Below, piece after piece: positions 1 to 7,206 of a stretch of 12,733 nt of DNA. Positions within the stretch are counted from its first letter, which is position 1, and each line of letters begins with the position of its first letter. The notes below the pieces were generated by a model. The model did not search any database. It worked only from the letters and a program-made list of their open reading frames with translations, and had not been told where the DNA came from. A program made the position numbers and the translations under genes. This DNA is from a virus. The stretch lies in the UHGV virus genome UHGV-0125529; one strand, given 5' to 3'.

Positions 1-60
1 CTCCGTGTATTCACTCGTTGGAATGAATACACAGTGCAGTGTTTATTCTGTTGTTTATGC

Positions 61-86
61 CAAAAATAAAGGCCGATTATGCGGCC
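61..86 (-). terminator. Rho-independent terminator at the end of the leftward N operon gene
   Basis: Hairpin GGCCG(71-75)/CGGCC(82-86) with a 6-nt loop that contains the stop codon of CDS 77..700; on the minus strand it is followed by TTTATTTTTG (reverse complement of 61-70). Confidence 0.55.
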
Positions 87-700
87 TCGGAAGGAAGTCC
101 AATCATCTTATTCAAATCTTCTACCCGTAAAGCAGGAAGTGCTGCACTTGCTTTATCTGCTTCTTTTGGTAGCAACTCTTTGCTTTCAGGCCAAACTTCA
201 ATAAGTCGCTTAACTGTTGTGACTGAGTTCAAAGCAGCCCATACGTTTGATTCTATATCCTTTTTCCTGGCTTCAAGTTTTTGTTGCAATGCGCAGATTT
301 CATCAAACCTTTTTGTTATTTTGTGTTCTGCGTCAAACATGCATTTATCTTTGTCGGGGGTAGGGAGCAATATATCTTCACCGTTGCCGTCTTTTCCGTA
401 TGAATGCCAGCCAACCCTTCTTCCAGATACAGTCAGATAAATCGAACATGAACTGACATCGCATGAGTAAAATGAACATCCCAGCTTTTGAAGTTCCTCA
501 CTTGCAGCCATTAACTTTGATGCCAGCTGGTCCACTTCTTCGGTTTTCTTTTTCCCGCCAAACGCAATAACTCTGGCGTCAAGTGCAAGCTGGTTCTTTA
601 ACTTTGTTACTTCTTCAAGTTCAGTGAACACCCCGGACTTAATTAAAGCGTTACGAGCGATTTCCTCTTTCATTCTCGTAGTTAAGCGGATTGATGACAT
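77..700 (-). CDS. Hypothetical protein, 207 aa, first gene downstream of N in the leftward operon
   Basis: Long ORF; preferred start is the ATG at 700 (MSSIRLTTRMKEEIARN...) with RBS AGAGGA 6 nt upstream on the minus strand; the track ORF begins 20 codons earlier at an alternative start. No family recognised. Sits where lambda carries ral/sieB/kil-type early-left accessory genes. Confidence 0.6.
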   Translation of the reverse strand: MSSIRLTTRMKEEIARNALIKSGVFTELEEVTKLKNQLALDARVIAFGGKKKTEEVDQLASKLMAASEELQKLGCSFYSCDVSSCSIYLTVSGRRVGWHSYGKDGNGEDILLPTPDKDKCMFDAEHKITKRFDEICALQQKLEARKKDIESNVWAALNSVTTVKRLIEVWPESKELLPKEADKASAALPALRVEDLNKMIGLPSEAA

Positions 701-761
701 ATTAATTCCTCTCAAATAAGTGGTTTGCTGCCTAATTTCATTTTCTGGCGACCAACACAAG

Positions 762-1145
762 TCATCTTGCTGTCAGTTGTTTGGATTTACGGTAGCCTGC
801 AGCGTAAATGGCTACGTTTGGAAGACATACACCAGTTTCTGGTTGCTTATGTCCAAACTCATTCGCGTACACAATGGCCGCTCGCTCCAGATTGCGTCTG
901 TATTCTTTCTGTTGCCAGATCACGTCCTGTGCCATGAACTTAATTGGCTTAGCGTCTTCTATGCGCTCAGGCGTTTCGTGAGTACCTTTAGCCTGAATCT
1001 GCGCTCTGCTTAGAGTAGGGCGGTGTAATACTTCTGAACTTATTGCTTCTTCGCGGGCCAGCACGCCGTTAGCTAATGCCTTTGCCTTTAAACGCTCACG
1101 ACGACGAGAACGTGAATTGCCTTTGAACTGAGTTCTGCGTGTCAT
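762..1145 (-). CDS. N: Antitermination protein N (P22 gp24 / N-like)
   Basis: Preferred start ATG at 1145 with RBS GGAGG 6 nt upstream (track ORF extended to 1211). N-terminal arginine-rich motif GNSRSRRRERLKAKALA, and C-terminus ...LPNVAIYAAGYRKSKQLTAR closely resembling my recollection of the P22 N C-terminus (...LPGVALYAAGHRKSKQITAR). Leftward orientation and position relative to the repressor match lambdoid N. Confidence 0.8.
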   Translation of the reverse strand: MTRRTQFKGNSRSRRRERLKAKALANGVLAREEAISSEVLHRPTLSRAQIQAKGTHETPERIEDAKPIKFMAQDVIWQQKEYRRNLERAAIVYANEFGHKQPETGVCLPNVAIYAAGYRKSKQLTAR

Positions 1146-1274
1146 ATGGAACCTCCTGATGAACTTTGGCGGTGAATACAGCCGGGCGACTAACTCCGGT
1201 CGCGTAATCATTGCAAAGCGCCTCCGCCGAGAAGGTTAGCTTCTGCATTCACCCCAAAGTTCACTTTGGTTATT

Positions 1275-1289
1275 GCGCTTTGTCAGCGC
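1275..1289 (-). promoter_or_regulatory. nutL boxB RNA hairpin (P22 type)
   Basis: Minus-strand sequence GCGCTGACAAAGCGC (5-bp stem GCGCT/AGCGC, loop GACAA), about 130 nt upstream of the N start and downstream of the PL candidate; matches the P22-type boxB as I remember it. No convincing boxA found. Confidence 0.6.
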
Positions 1290-1358
1290 CGTAGATTCAT
1301 ATTCGAATCGTTGTATATTCACCGCCCTGGTGAGTAGTGCGTCCTGCTGATGACGATA

Positions 1359-1399
1359 ATAATGAACCAATAGTTCGACATTATCAAGAACTATTGGTA
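1359..1399 (-). promoter_or_regulatory. Candidate PL promoter with overlapping OL operators
   Basis: Minus strand: -35 TTGATA (plus 1382-1387), 17-bp spacer, -10 CATTAT (plus 1359-1364). Overlapped by a perfect inverted repeat ACCAATAGTTC (1366-1376) / GAACTATTGGT (1388-1398); the two 11-bp AAC-N5-GTT palindromes are centred about 24 bp apart, the same spacing and half-site pattern as the OR sites. Confidence 0.4.
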
Positions 1400-1570
1400 C
1401 GAATTTTGGTGATTTATTAACTCTACGAAGTATGATTCTGATATATAAGGAAATTTATTTTTGAAAATGTGGCTGATGAAGGTTATGCGGCAGGGATCAG
1501 AACTGCATGGTTTAGCGAGTTACATCAATAAATACAATTGGTTATGTGTTTTTAGGTGGGGGATCGAGAG

Positions 1571-1599
1571 GCAAATAAAACCCGGCTCGGTGGCCGGGG
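1571..1599 (-). terminator. Rho-independent terminator ending the cI/ORF-1612..2637 transcript (tIMM-like)
   Basis: GC-rich hairpin CCCGGC(1581-1586)/GCCGGG(1593-1598) with a 6-nt loop; on the minus strand it is followed by TTTTATTTGC. Lies immediately downstream of the stop of CDS 1612..2637 and upstream of the PL candidate. Confidence 0.6.
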
Positions 1600-1611
1600 T
1601 TAGATTTTCTG

Positions 1612-2637
1612 TTACGGGCGAGTGATGGTTGATGCGTTTCCGTTTTCTATTACACCTGCTCGTATCGTGTAGCTTCCCAAGATTTTTACTGTCCTGTTTT
1701 CTTTCATTGCATCAAACAGTATGGCGATCTCGTCTTTATCATCTATGAACGACGTGTCCACCGAAACAGGGAAACTGTCTTCACTAGATGGTTCGCGGCA
1801 GCTTAGGGTTATCTTTTCCGCAGTACGCTTGATTCCATCAATGACTAATTCAAGGTTTCTTTCTTCTTTTTTTGCTTTTTCGATAGGGTTCTTGATTAGT
1901 TCGTGGATTTCTTTGTTAGACAGTTCAACTGTGCTTGCGCCTGATATGACAATTTTGTCAGCATCAGACGCGCCTTTTAATACCCCTGTATACGCTTTTG
2001 CAGTATGCTCTTGAATCCCTTCGGCGCGCTCTACTGCATCTATGCCCGCTTTAGCTCTAATCGCCTCAAGCATTCCGTCCCTTAATATCGTCATGCGCTC
2101 GTTTTCTGATTTAATCTTGGCTTCTTCGAGCTTTGTTTCTTCTTGCTTGACTTCTACTTCGGCTTTTTTCTCTAAGTATGATGTACCAACCCATGCACCG
2201 CCTATAACGGTGACAGCAAACAAGAAGCATAATGTTTTTTGGCTAGGACTCATACCGTGTGTTACCTTCTCAAAGGCTTTACCGAATGCTTCAAAAAGCT
2301 CTGTTAATGCAGCAAGTATATCAGTACAACCTTCATTAATGGTAAAGATGATCTCTGCTTCCTCTTTATCTTTACCAGTTAACCTTTGAAGGTTGTCAGT
2401 TTTATATTTTATTAGTGTGAAAACTTTATAAATTTCAGTCTGAAATTCGCATAAACCCTGAGCTAGAGGAGATGGAAGCGTTCCGTTGTAGCGAGAAGGA
2501 TCACCATAAATCTTAAAATTCACATTATTGAAGAGGTCTAACTTGATCCTGTCGATAGTGATCTCTTCGCCACCATCTAACCTTGCAAACAAAGATTCAA
2601 TGTCGTCCAGACTTGAAACATTAATAATATCTTTCAT
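1612..2637 (-). CDS. Uncharacterised single-pass membrane protein in the rexAB-equivalent locus (candidate lysogen-expressed exclusion/defence protein)
   Basis: 341-aa ORF with ATG at 2637 and RBS AAGGTG 5 nt upstream. One central hydrophobic segment (TLCFLFAVTVIGGAWVGTSYL, about aa 135-155) followed by a charged, probably coiled-coil stretch (EKKAEVEVKQEETKLEEAKIKSENER...). Visibly AT-rich relative to the flanking cI and N. Same strand as and directly downstream of cI, terminated before PL. No family recognised. Confidence 0.7.
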   Translation of the reverse strand: MKDIINVSSLDDIESLFARLDGGEEITIDRIKLDLFNNVNFKIYGDPSRYNGTLPSPLAQGLCEFQTEIYKVFTLIKYKTDNLQRLTGKDKEEAEIIFTINEGCTDILAALTELFEAFGKAFEKVTHGMSPSQKTLCFLFAVTVIGGAWVGTSYLEKKAEVEVKQEETKLEEAKIKSENERMTILRDGMLEAIRAKAGIDAVERAEGIQEHTAKAYTGVLKGASDADKIVISGASTVELSNKEIHELIKNPIEKAKKEERNLELVIDGIKRTAEKITLSCREPSSEDSFPVSVDTSFIDDKDEIAILFDAMKENRTVKILGSYTIRAGVIENGNASTITRP

Positions 2638-2717
2638 TACAACACCTTCGGCACAACCTTGCTAGTTAAATTAGTGATTATAAAAATTGGATACTTACCA
2701 GCTATGTGACGATGAAG

Positions 2718-3425
2718 TCACGAACTTTTCAGCCACTCCCTTGCCTCGATGTCATCCAGATGGCGAGATTGCTTCAGAATACCAGCCACATACTCCACCT
2801 TTGCTACTTGATGATAAGGCAACGTTATTGGCCTGTGGTCTTGGTTGATGCTTGTAAATTGGTATTCTCCATCTCTGTCATAGCCAAGAACCTTAATCAT
2901 GTTGTGTCCTTCAACGGTTCTGACAAACACCTCATCACCCGGGAATACTTTGGTGTTAGGCTCAATGAGTACATATTCTCCTGATTTTATTCTGGGCCAC
3001 ATGCTGTCTCCTTTCACACGAAGGCCAAAGGCATCTGGATCATCGCTATAAATTTTGAGCCACCCATCGCGCTCTTCGGTCATCTCGATGGCACCATCAA
3101 CACCAAGAATTGCCTCACCAACCACGCGCACTAACCCTTTTTTTAATTTGCCAACAAATGAAAGAGTATCTTCATCATTCGCTCCATTTAACGAAGTGCC
3201 GTGCTGAAGCCAAACAACATCAACGTTTAGAAATTTCGCAAGCGCATTCATTTTTTCCTGACGCGGTAAAGACTCAGCATTAAACCATTTGCTAACGCCT
3301 TTGGACGAAAGAGAAAGGGCACGGGCTATAGCCATTCCCCTACCATGTTCATCAAGACCAGCTTCTTTACAGGCTTGCGCTAGCCGCTGGGCGAATTCTT
3401 TGCGCACTTTTTCATTCTGAACCAT
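2718..3425 (-). CDS. cI: CI-like prophage repressor (N-terminal HTH, C-terminal S24/LexA-type peptidase domain)
   Basis: 235 aa; N-terminal HTH (GMAIARALSLSSKGVSKW); C-terminal VKGDSMWP motif typical of the S24 peptidase catalytic serine with a downstream lysine; divergent from the cro-like gene across a 78-bp operator region. Confidence 0.85.
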   Translation of the reverse strand: MVQNEKVRKEFAQRLAQACKEAGLDEHGRGMAIARALSLSSKGVSKWFNAESLPRQEKMNALAKFLNVDVVWLQHGTSLNGANDEDTLSFVGKLKKGLVRVVGEAILGVDGAIEMTEERDGWLKIYSDDPDAFGLRVKGDSMWPRIKSGEYVLIEPNTKVFPGDEVFVRTVEGHNMIKVLGYDRDGEYQFTSINQDHRPITLPYHQVAKVEYVAGILKQSRHLDDIEAREWLKSS

Positions 3426-3489
3426 GAGTACGATACTAAAGCACTTGCAAAAACTTTCAGTTCAATCATAATGCGTACTGAAAGTACGA
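3424..3489. promoter_or_regulatory. OR operator cluster: three palindromic sites about 24 bp apart
   Basis: Sites AGTACGATACT (3427-3437), AACTTTCAGTT (3451-3461) and the perfect 15-bp palindrome CGTACTGAAAGTACG (3474-3488); centres near 3432, 3456 and 3481. Located between the divergent cI and cro starts, the classic OR3-OR2-OR1 layout. Confidence 0.5.
3445..3472 (+). promoter_or_regulatory. Candidate PR promoter
   Basis: -35 TTGCAA (3445-3450), 16-bp spacer, -10 CATAAT (3467-3472); the predicted start site falls on the perfect palindrome at 3474-3488. Confidence 0.5.
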
Positions 3490-3503
3490 AAAAGGATATC
3501 CCT

Positions 3504-3731
3504 ATGCAAAATCTTGATGAGCCGATTAAAGGTGTCGGCATCCCTGAAGTTGCGAAGGCTTGTGGAGTTAGCGAAAGGGCTGTCTATAAGTGGCTCAAAA
3601 ACGGCTTCCTCCCTAAGACTGAGTTTTTTGGGAAAACGAAATACGCATCAAAAATCGAAGAGATTTCTGGTGGCAAATATCAAGCAAGCGAAATGCTTGA
3701 AATAAGCAAAAAGAACCTTCTGGCTGCATAA
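3504..3731 (+). CDS. cro: Cro-like HTH DNA-binding protein
   Basis: 75 aa from ATG 3504 (MQNLDEPIKG...), RBS AAAGGA 7 nt upstream; HTH segment IPEVAKACGVSERAVYKWLKNG. The in-frame ATG at 3471 lies inside the predicted PR -10 and is probably not used. Confidence 0.7.
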   Translation: MQNLDEPIKGVGIPEVAKACGVSERAVYKWLKNGFLPKTEFFGKTKYASKIEEISGGKYQASEMLEISKKNLLAA

Positions 3732-3769
3732 GTAACACCGCTATTTTCACAATGGACATTCGTCCTACG

Positions 3770-3784
3770 TCGCTGACAAAGCGA
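3770..3784 (+). promoter_or_regulatory. nutR boxB-like hairpin
   Basis: TCGCTGACAAAGCGA: same loop (GACAA) and near-identical stem to the nutL boxB, located between cro and cII. A weak boxA-like CGCTATTTT lies at about 3739-3747, but spacing to boxB is longer than in lambda. Confidence 0.5.
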
Positions 3785-3869
3785 GCCCCAAGATATCTGA
3801 CCAACTAAGGCCATATGCGTTTCCACGCATACCTTTCAACTAACTATTCACTATTGGAAATATTAAGAA

Positions 3870-4166
3870 ATGACACAAACAAGTTACAGCAAACTATCCC
3901 AGCGCGACGTTGATCGCGCAGAAACGGATTTACTCATCAACCTGTCAACGCTTACCCAGCGCGGTCTGGCAAAGATGATTGGCTGTCATGAATCGAAGAT
4001 AAGCAGAACGGACTGGAGATTTATTGCTTCGGTCCTGTGTGCTTTCGGAATGGCATCAGACATCAGTCCGATTAGCAGGGCTTTTAAGTATGCGCTTGAT
4101 GGAATCACCAATAAAAAACGCCCGGCGGCAACCGAGCGTTCTGATCAAATACAAATGGAATTTTAA
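3870..4166 (+). CDS. cII: CII transcriptional activator
   Basis: 98 aa; C-terminus ...ITNKKRPAATERSDQIQMEF is almost identical to the lambda CII C-terminus as I remember it (...TNKKRPAATERSEQIQMEF); weak RBS, as in lambda cII. Confidence 0.85.
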   Translation: MTQTSYSKLSQRDVDRAETDLLINLSTLTQRGLAKMIGCHESKISRTDWRFIASVLCAFGMASDISPISRAFKYALDGITNKKRPAATERSDQIQMEF

Positions 4167-4188
4167 CAACATCCAACGAGGTAATTAT

Positions 4189-4332
4189 ATGCGAAAAACG
4201 CAGGAAAATAAACGCGTTAATCACCGAAAAGATGTGCTACGTGACCAGTTTTATCAGGGAGTTAATCCAGCAATAGCTGTGCCACTGAGAGAAATACTTA
4301 ACAGGTACAAAACTTCGGAGAAGTCAAAATGA
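4189..4332 (+). CDS. Small basic hypothetical protein (47 aa) translationally coupled to the initiator gene
   Basis: ATG at 4189 with RBS GAGG 7 nt upstream; its TGA stop overlaps the ATG of the next gene (ATGA at 4329-4332). Product MRKTQENKRVNHRKDVLRDQFYQGVNPAIAVPLREILNRYKTSEKSK. No homolog recognised. Confidence 0.4.
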   Translation: MRKTQENKRVNHRKDVLRDQFYQGVNPAIAVPLREILNRYKTSEKSK

Positions 4333-5126
4333 GCATGAATCTTATGGCTAAGGCCATGAATATAAAGGTTGGCAACCCACTGAGAAAACTGGTTCTGATT
4401 AAACTTGCCGATAACGCCAATGATAATGGCGAATGCTGGCCTTCATATCAACATGTCGCTGACCAGTGTGAGGTGAGCAGATCGACAGTAAAAAGTCACA
4501 TTAGGGCACTGGAAGAGATGGGTCTTTTGAAAAGGGAATGCAGAAGAAAAGGAGAGCTTAACCAGTCAAACGTTTTTTATCTGACGCTGGATAATGCACA
4601 ACAAATCCCACCAGAATCAGGTGGGGCAGGAGCTGCCCGGGGTGGGTCAGGAGCTGCCCGGGGTGGGGCAGGAGCTGCCCTAGGGGGTGGGGCAGGAGCT
4701 GCCCCCAGAACCTATCACTCTTTTGAACCAGTCAATGAACCTAAAAACATTATGTTCGAACATGTCCGAACGGAGTGGGAAAAAACTCCTGACCGTCACG
4801 AAGAAACCGACAAGGCATTCGAGGAAATATTCTGGTGTGCAGGCATGCGGAAAGCCGGGAAGAAAAACGCAGCTTCAGCATTCAGAACACAGTTCAGGGA
4901 ATGGCGTAAAACTACCAGGGGTACGGCAAGCGAGTTTGCCACGATGCTGGCAGAAGACATCGCATGCAGGAATGGTAAGCAGTTCGGATTCGACAGGTTG
5001 TTACCATCGAGCTACCTGAACGGTCAACGCTGGAACGACGAGAAGCCAGAAACTATTCAACCACAATCCAAACCATCATCCGCAATCACCGTATCGAAAA
5101 CTGGCTACGTGTTTTTCGACAGGTGA
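4329..5126 (+). CDS. Replication initiator, lambda O-like in organisation (iteron-containing)
   Basis: 265 aa, RBS GGAGAAG upstream; N-terminal winged-helix/HTH-like region (...YQHVADQCEVSRSTVKSHIRALEEMGLLKRE); the iteron array lies inside the coding region and encodes a Gly/Ala-rich linker, as ori-lambda does within O. Confidence 0.75.
   Translation: MSMNLMAKAMNIKVGNPLRKLVLIKLADNANDNGECWPSYQHVADQCEVSRSTVKSHIRALEEMGLLKRECRRKGELNQSNVFYLTLDNAQQIPPESGGAGAARGGSGAARGGAGAALGGGAGAAPRTYHSFEPVNEPKNIMFEHVRTEWEKTPDRHEETDKAFEEIFWCAGMRKAGKKNAASAFRTQFREWRKTTRGTASEFATMLAEDIACRNGKQFGFDRLLPSSYLNGQRWNDEKPETIQPQSKPSSAITVSKTGYVFFDR
4620..4704. repeat. Four direct iterons, each with an internal palindrome (candidate replication origin)
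   Basis: Units GGTGGGGCAGGAGCTGCCC at 4620-4638, 4641-4659 (one substitution, GGGTCAG), 4662-4680 and 4686-4704; period 21, 21 and 24 bp; each contains GGGCAG-GAG-CTGCCC; followed by a more AT-rich stretch. Confidence 0.8.
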
Positions 5127-5236
5127 ACCATGAAATCCAGAATCAAATCGTTACTTATCGCTGGCTATAACCATGGCTGGCTTAGTTCTGCATTCGTTGA
5201 GTTCTGGTTTAACCGTCTCGATCTGAGGTCAGCGTA

Positions 5237-7117
5237 ATGACTCCAAGTGAACTGAGCGACCTGCTTTGGGCGCAGGTTGACAGGGTGGCTCCGCACCTGT
5301 TGCCAAACGGCAAGAAAGAGGGGCATGAGTGGGTTGCCGGTAACGTTAACGGTGACAAGGGAAACAGCCTTAAGGTCAACCTTAGCGGCAAGAAAAAATG
5401 GGCTGATTTCGCTGAGGGAGACGGCGGTGACATGCTTGATTTGTGGATGGCATGTCGTGGAATTAACCTGCATCAGGCTATGCAGGAAGCGAAAGCATTT
5501 CTCGGTATCAAGGATGACGATCACCATTTCGATGCCAGACGTGAGAAGAAATTCTCCAGACCTGATCGCAAGAAAATCGCCAGTTACGTTACCAGAACAG
5601 AATCCCATCTTGAGTACCTGCAATCGCGTGGCATATCGCCAGAAGTCGTAAAGCGCTACGAGGTTGTCAGCGGCAAGGTGTGGAATGGAGAGCGGGAACT
5701 GGATGCTCTGGTGCTTCCGTACAAACGCGATGGTGAGTTGTTGCAGGTCAAGCGAATCAGCACTGAGCGCCCGGACGGGAAGAAAGTCATTATGGCAGAA
5801 GGTGATTGCGAACCTTGTCTGTTCGGATGGCAGGCTCTGGACGCTGGCGTGAGGGCGGTTGTACTTTGCGAAGGCGAAATTGATTGTATGAGCTATGCGC
5901 AATACGGCATCTCGGCGTTATCCGTGCCGTTTGGTGGCGGGAAAGGCGCTAAGCAGCAGTGGATTGAGTTTGAGTATCACAACCTCGACAGGTTTGAGGA
6001 AATATTCATCTCGATGGATGTTGATGATGTTGGTCGTGAAGCCGCAAGGGAAATCGCAAGCCGACTCGGTGAACATCGTTGCCGTCTTGTTACTCTGCCG
6101 TACAAAGACATCAACGAATGCCTGATGAACGGTGTTACCGAGGATGAAATCTGGCAGTACATCGGCACGGCATCCTACTTCGATCCTGAAGAACTCTACA
6201 GCGCGCGAGAGTTTTACCAGGACACTATCAACGCTTTCTACGGCAAGCAGCAGTATCTGTTTAATCCACCGTGGGAATCTCTGGCAGATAAATTCCAGTT
6301 CCGTGAGGCCGAGTTGACGCTGGTCAATGGTGTGAACGGTCACGGAAAAACGGAGGTTGTCGGGCATATGGCACTTGAGGCAATGCGTCAGGGTGTGAAG
6401 ACGTGCATCGCGTCACTTGAGCTGAAGCCTGGTATTCTCCTTAAGCGCCTTACCCGTCAGGCGACGTGCTGCAAGATGCCGCCAGTGCTGGAAATTGACT
6501 CTGCATTTAAATTTTATGACGAAAGACTTTGGGTGTTTGGCCTGACCGGAACGGCGAAAGCCGACAGGCTGATCGAAATATTCGACTACGCTCGCCGCCG
6601 ATACGGTATCCAGTTATTCATCATCGACAGCCTGATGAAATGTGGCATAGGCGACGATGACTATAACGGGCAGAAGGCGTTTGTTGACTCGATTTGCGAC
6701 TTCAAAAACAAAACAAACTCCCACGTCATTCTCGTTACTCACTCGCGAAAAGGAGACAGCGAAGAAAAACCAACCGGGAAAATGGACGTAAAAGGCTCTG
6801 GAGCGATAACAGACCTGACAGACAACCTTTTTATCATCTGGCGTAACAAGGCTCGCGAGAGAGCGTTACAGAGAGTTCAAAGCGGTGAACAGATGTCAGA
6901 GAAGGACGAACAGCTACTGGTGTCTCCGGCATCTGTTTTGTTGCTTGAAAAACAACGTAACGGTGAAGGTTGGGAAGGTGGTATCCCGTTGTTCCTTGAC
7001 GAGCAATCGCACCAGTTCCTGCAACTTGAATCAGGATCTCCATATAGCTACATCGCCAATATGCCGAAATCGGAATATGACGAGGCGTGGAGACAGGAAA
7101 ACGTGACGGAGTATTAA
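5237..7117 (+). CDS. Bifunctional DNA primase/helicase, T7 gp4-like (TOPRIM primase plus DnaB/RecA-fold helicase)
   Basis: 626 aa. TOPRIM-region motifs align with T7 gp4 as I remember it (EGEIDCMS; FISMDVDDVGREAA; LPYKDINECLMNG). Helicase part has Walker A GVNGHGKT, IIDSL (Walker B-like) and later motifs (ILVTHSRKG; KGSGAITDLTDNLFIIWRN). The N-terminal region lacks the Cys4 zinc finger. Confidence 0.9.
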   Translation: MTPSELSDLLWAQVDRVAPHLLPNGKKEGHEWVAGNVNGDKGNSLKVNLSGKKKWADFAEGDGGDMLDLWMACRGINLHQAMQEAKAFLGIKDDDHHFDARREKKFSRPDRKKIASYVTRTESHLEYLQSRGISPEVVKRYEVVSGKVWNGERELDALVLPYKRDGELLQVKRISTERPDGKKVIMAEGDCEPCLFGWQALDAGVRAVVLCEGEIDCMSYAQYGISALSVPFGGGKGAKQQWIEFEYHNLDRFEEIFISMDVDDVGREAAREIASRLGEHRCRLVTLPYKDINECLMNGVTEDEIWQYIGTASYFDPEELYSAREFYQDTINAFYGKQQYLFNPPWESLADKFQFREAELTLVNGVNGHGKTEVVGHMALEAMRQGVKTCIASLELKPGILLKRLTRQATCCKMPPVLEIDSAFKFYDERLWVFGLTGTAKADRLIEIFDYARRRYGIQLFIIDSLMKCGIGDDDYNGQKAFVDSICDFKNKTNSHVILVTHSRKGDSEEKPTGKMDVKGSGAITDLTDNLFIIWRNKARERALQRVQSGEQMSEKDEQLLVSPASVLLLEKQRNGEGWEGGIPLFLDEQSHQFLQLESGSPYSYIANMPKSEYDEAWRQENVTEY

Positions 7118-7146
7118 ATGACCATCTACATCACTGAGCTTGTAAC

Positions 7147-7178
7147 AGGCCTGCTGGTAATCGCAGGCCTTTTTATTT
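7147..7178 (+). terminator. Rho-independent terminator after the replication genes (tR2-like position)
   Basis: Hairpin AGGCCTGC(7147-7154)/GCAGGCCT(7163-7170) with an 8-nt loop, followed by TTTTATTT. Confidence 0.55.
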
Positions 7179-7206
7179 GGGGAAGAGTAATTGGAGGCTT
7201 TAAGAA

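Noticed and set aside
39-440. 133-aa ORF on the plus strand
   Set aside because: Lies entirely antisense to the better-supported CDS 77..700, which has a strong RBS and terminator; no RBS and low-complexity Ser/Leu-rich translation.
720-1013. Plus-strand ORFs (97 aa and 70 aa) overlapping the N gene
   Set aside because: Antisense to the N-like CDS, which has a strong RBS and a recognisable arginine-rich motif and C-terminus.
2706-2721. Hairpin GTGAC-N6-GTCAC spanning the cI stop codon
   Set aside because: Short stem and no T-run on either strand; not a convincing terminator.
3471-3503. Upstream in-frame ATG for the cro-like gene
   Set aside because: It lies within the predicted PR -10 element and has no RBS; ATG 3504 with AAAGGA upstream is preferred.
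4620-4704. Possible CRISPR array
   Set aside because: The roughly 21-bp repeats are contiguous with no unique spacers and lie inside a coding gene; they are origin-type iterons.
5165-6367. Minus-strand ORFs (245 aa and 149 aa) inside the primase-helicase gene
   Set aside because: They overlap antisense to a plus-strand ORF with clear gp4-like primase and helicase motifs, so they are shadow ORFs.
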